Origin: Antedon mediterranea
Taxonomy: Eukaryota; Animalia; Echinodermata
Length of the DNA: 64,000 nt
Direction: 5' to 3'
NCBI RefSeq assembly: GCF_964355755.1
Contig: NC_092670.1
Coordinates: forward strand, 18,400,795-18,464,794
In this document: in pieces, positions 63,743 through 64,000 of the stretch
Layout: each line of letters opens with the position of its first letter
Position numbering within the stretch: position 1 is the stretch's first letter
The notes under the pieces: model-generated
The model's database searches: none
The model's input: the letters and a program-made list of their open reading frames with translations, nothing else
What the model was told of the DNA's origin: nothing
Translations under genes and position numbers: made by a program

Positions 63743-64000
63743 CTTACAAAATGTGATTTAATATTATTTAAAAATTCAAATTTGTTAATAACTAATTTAG
63801 TGCCTAGCCTACTTTTATAACTACTAATTAGTCTCCAATCAAAATAATTTGTTGATAAAAAACTAAAACATATTCTTATTGGAGTACTAATTTTCTGTTT
63901 GGGTTGTTCCATTTTAGCAGCAGGGACTTTTTCTCTATCCAGCTGAGGGTGAGAGCTGTTATCAGTTTATCCAGATAAGTAGTCAACCAAACTAACTTTT

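Overview
AT-rich, intron-containing animal genomic DNA, most likely an invertebrate deuterostome such as an echinoderm (inferred from the Deu/Nin-type SINE and gene content; not verified). The first ~22 kb has no convincing protein gene, only microsatellites, MITEs, SINE pieces and a few GC-richer islands. The rest contains six genes. LSM12 (5 exons, + strand) has a U12-type first intron. A cluster of three secreted single-domain fibrinogen-related (FReD) lectin-like genes shares an N-terminal CCPxxW motif, and the third gene has an extra intron and a duplicated last splice acceptor. A head-to-head pair of two-TM KCNMB/TipE-family (BK beta-subunit-like) genes follows. The second of these has a ~15 kb intron holding a Helentron-type non-autonomous element with a nested CR1/L2-like LINE, plus an internally deleted Sola3 transposon with ~650 bp TIRs and a TTAA TSD. 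Exon structures were assembled by hand from splice signals and reading phase. Family names come from motif recognition, not database searches.
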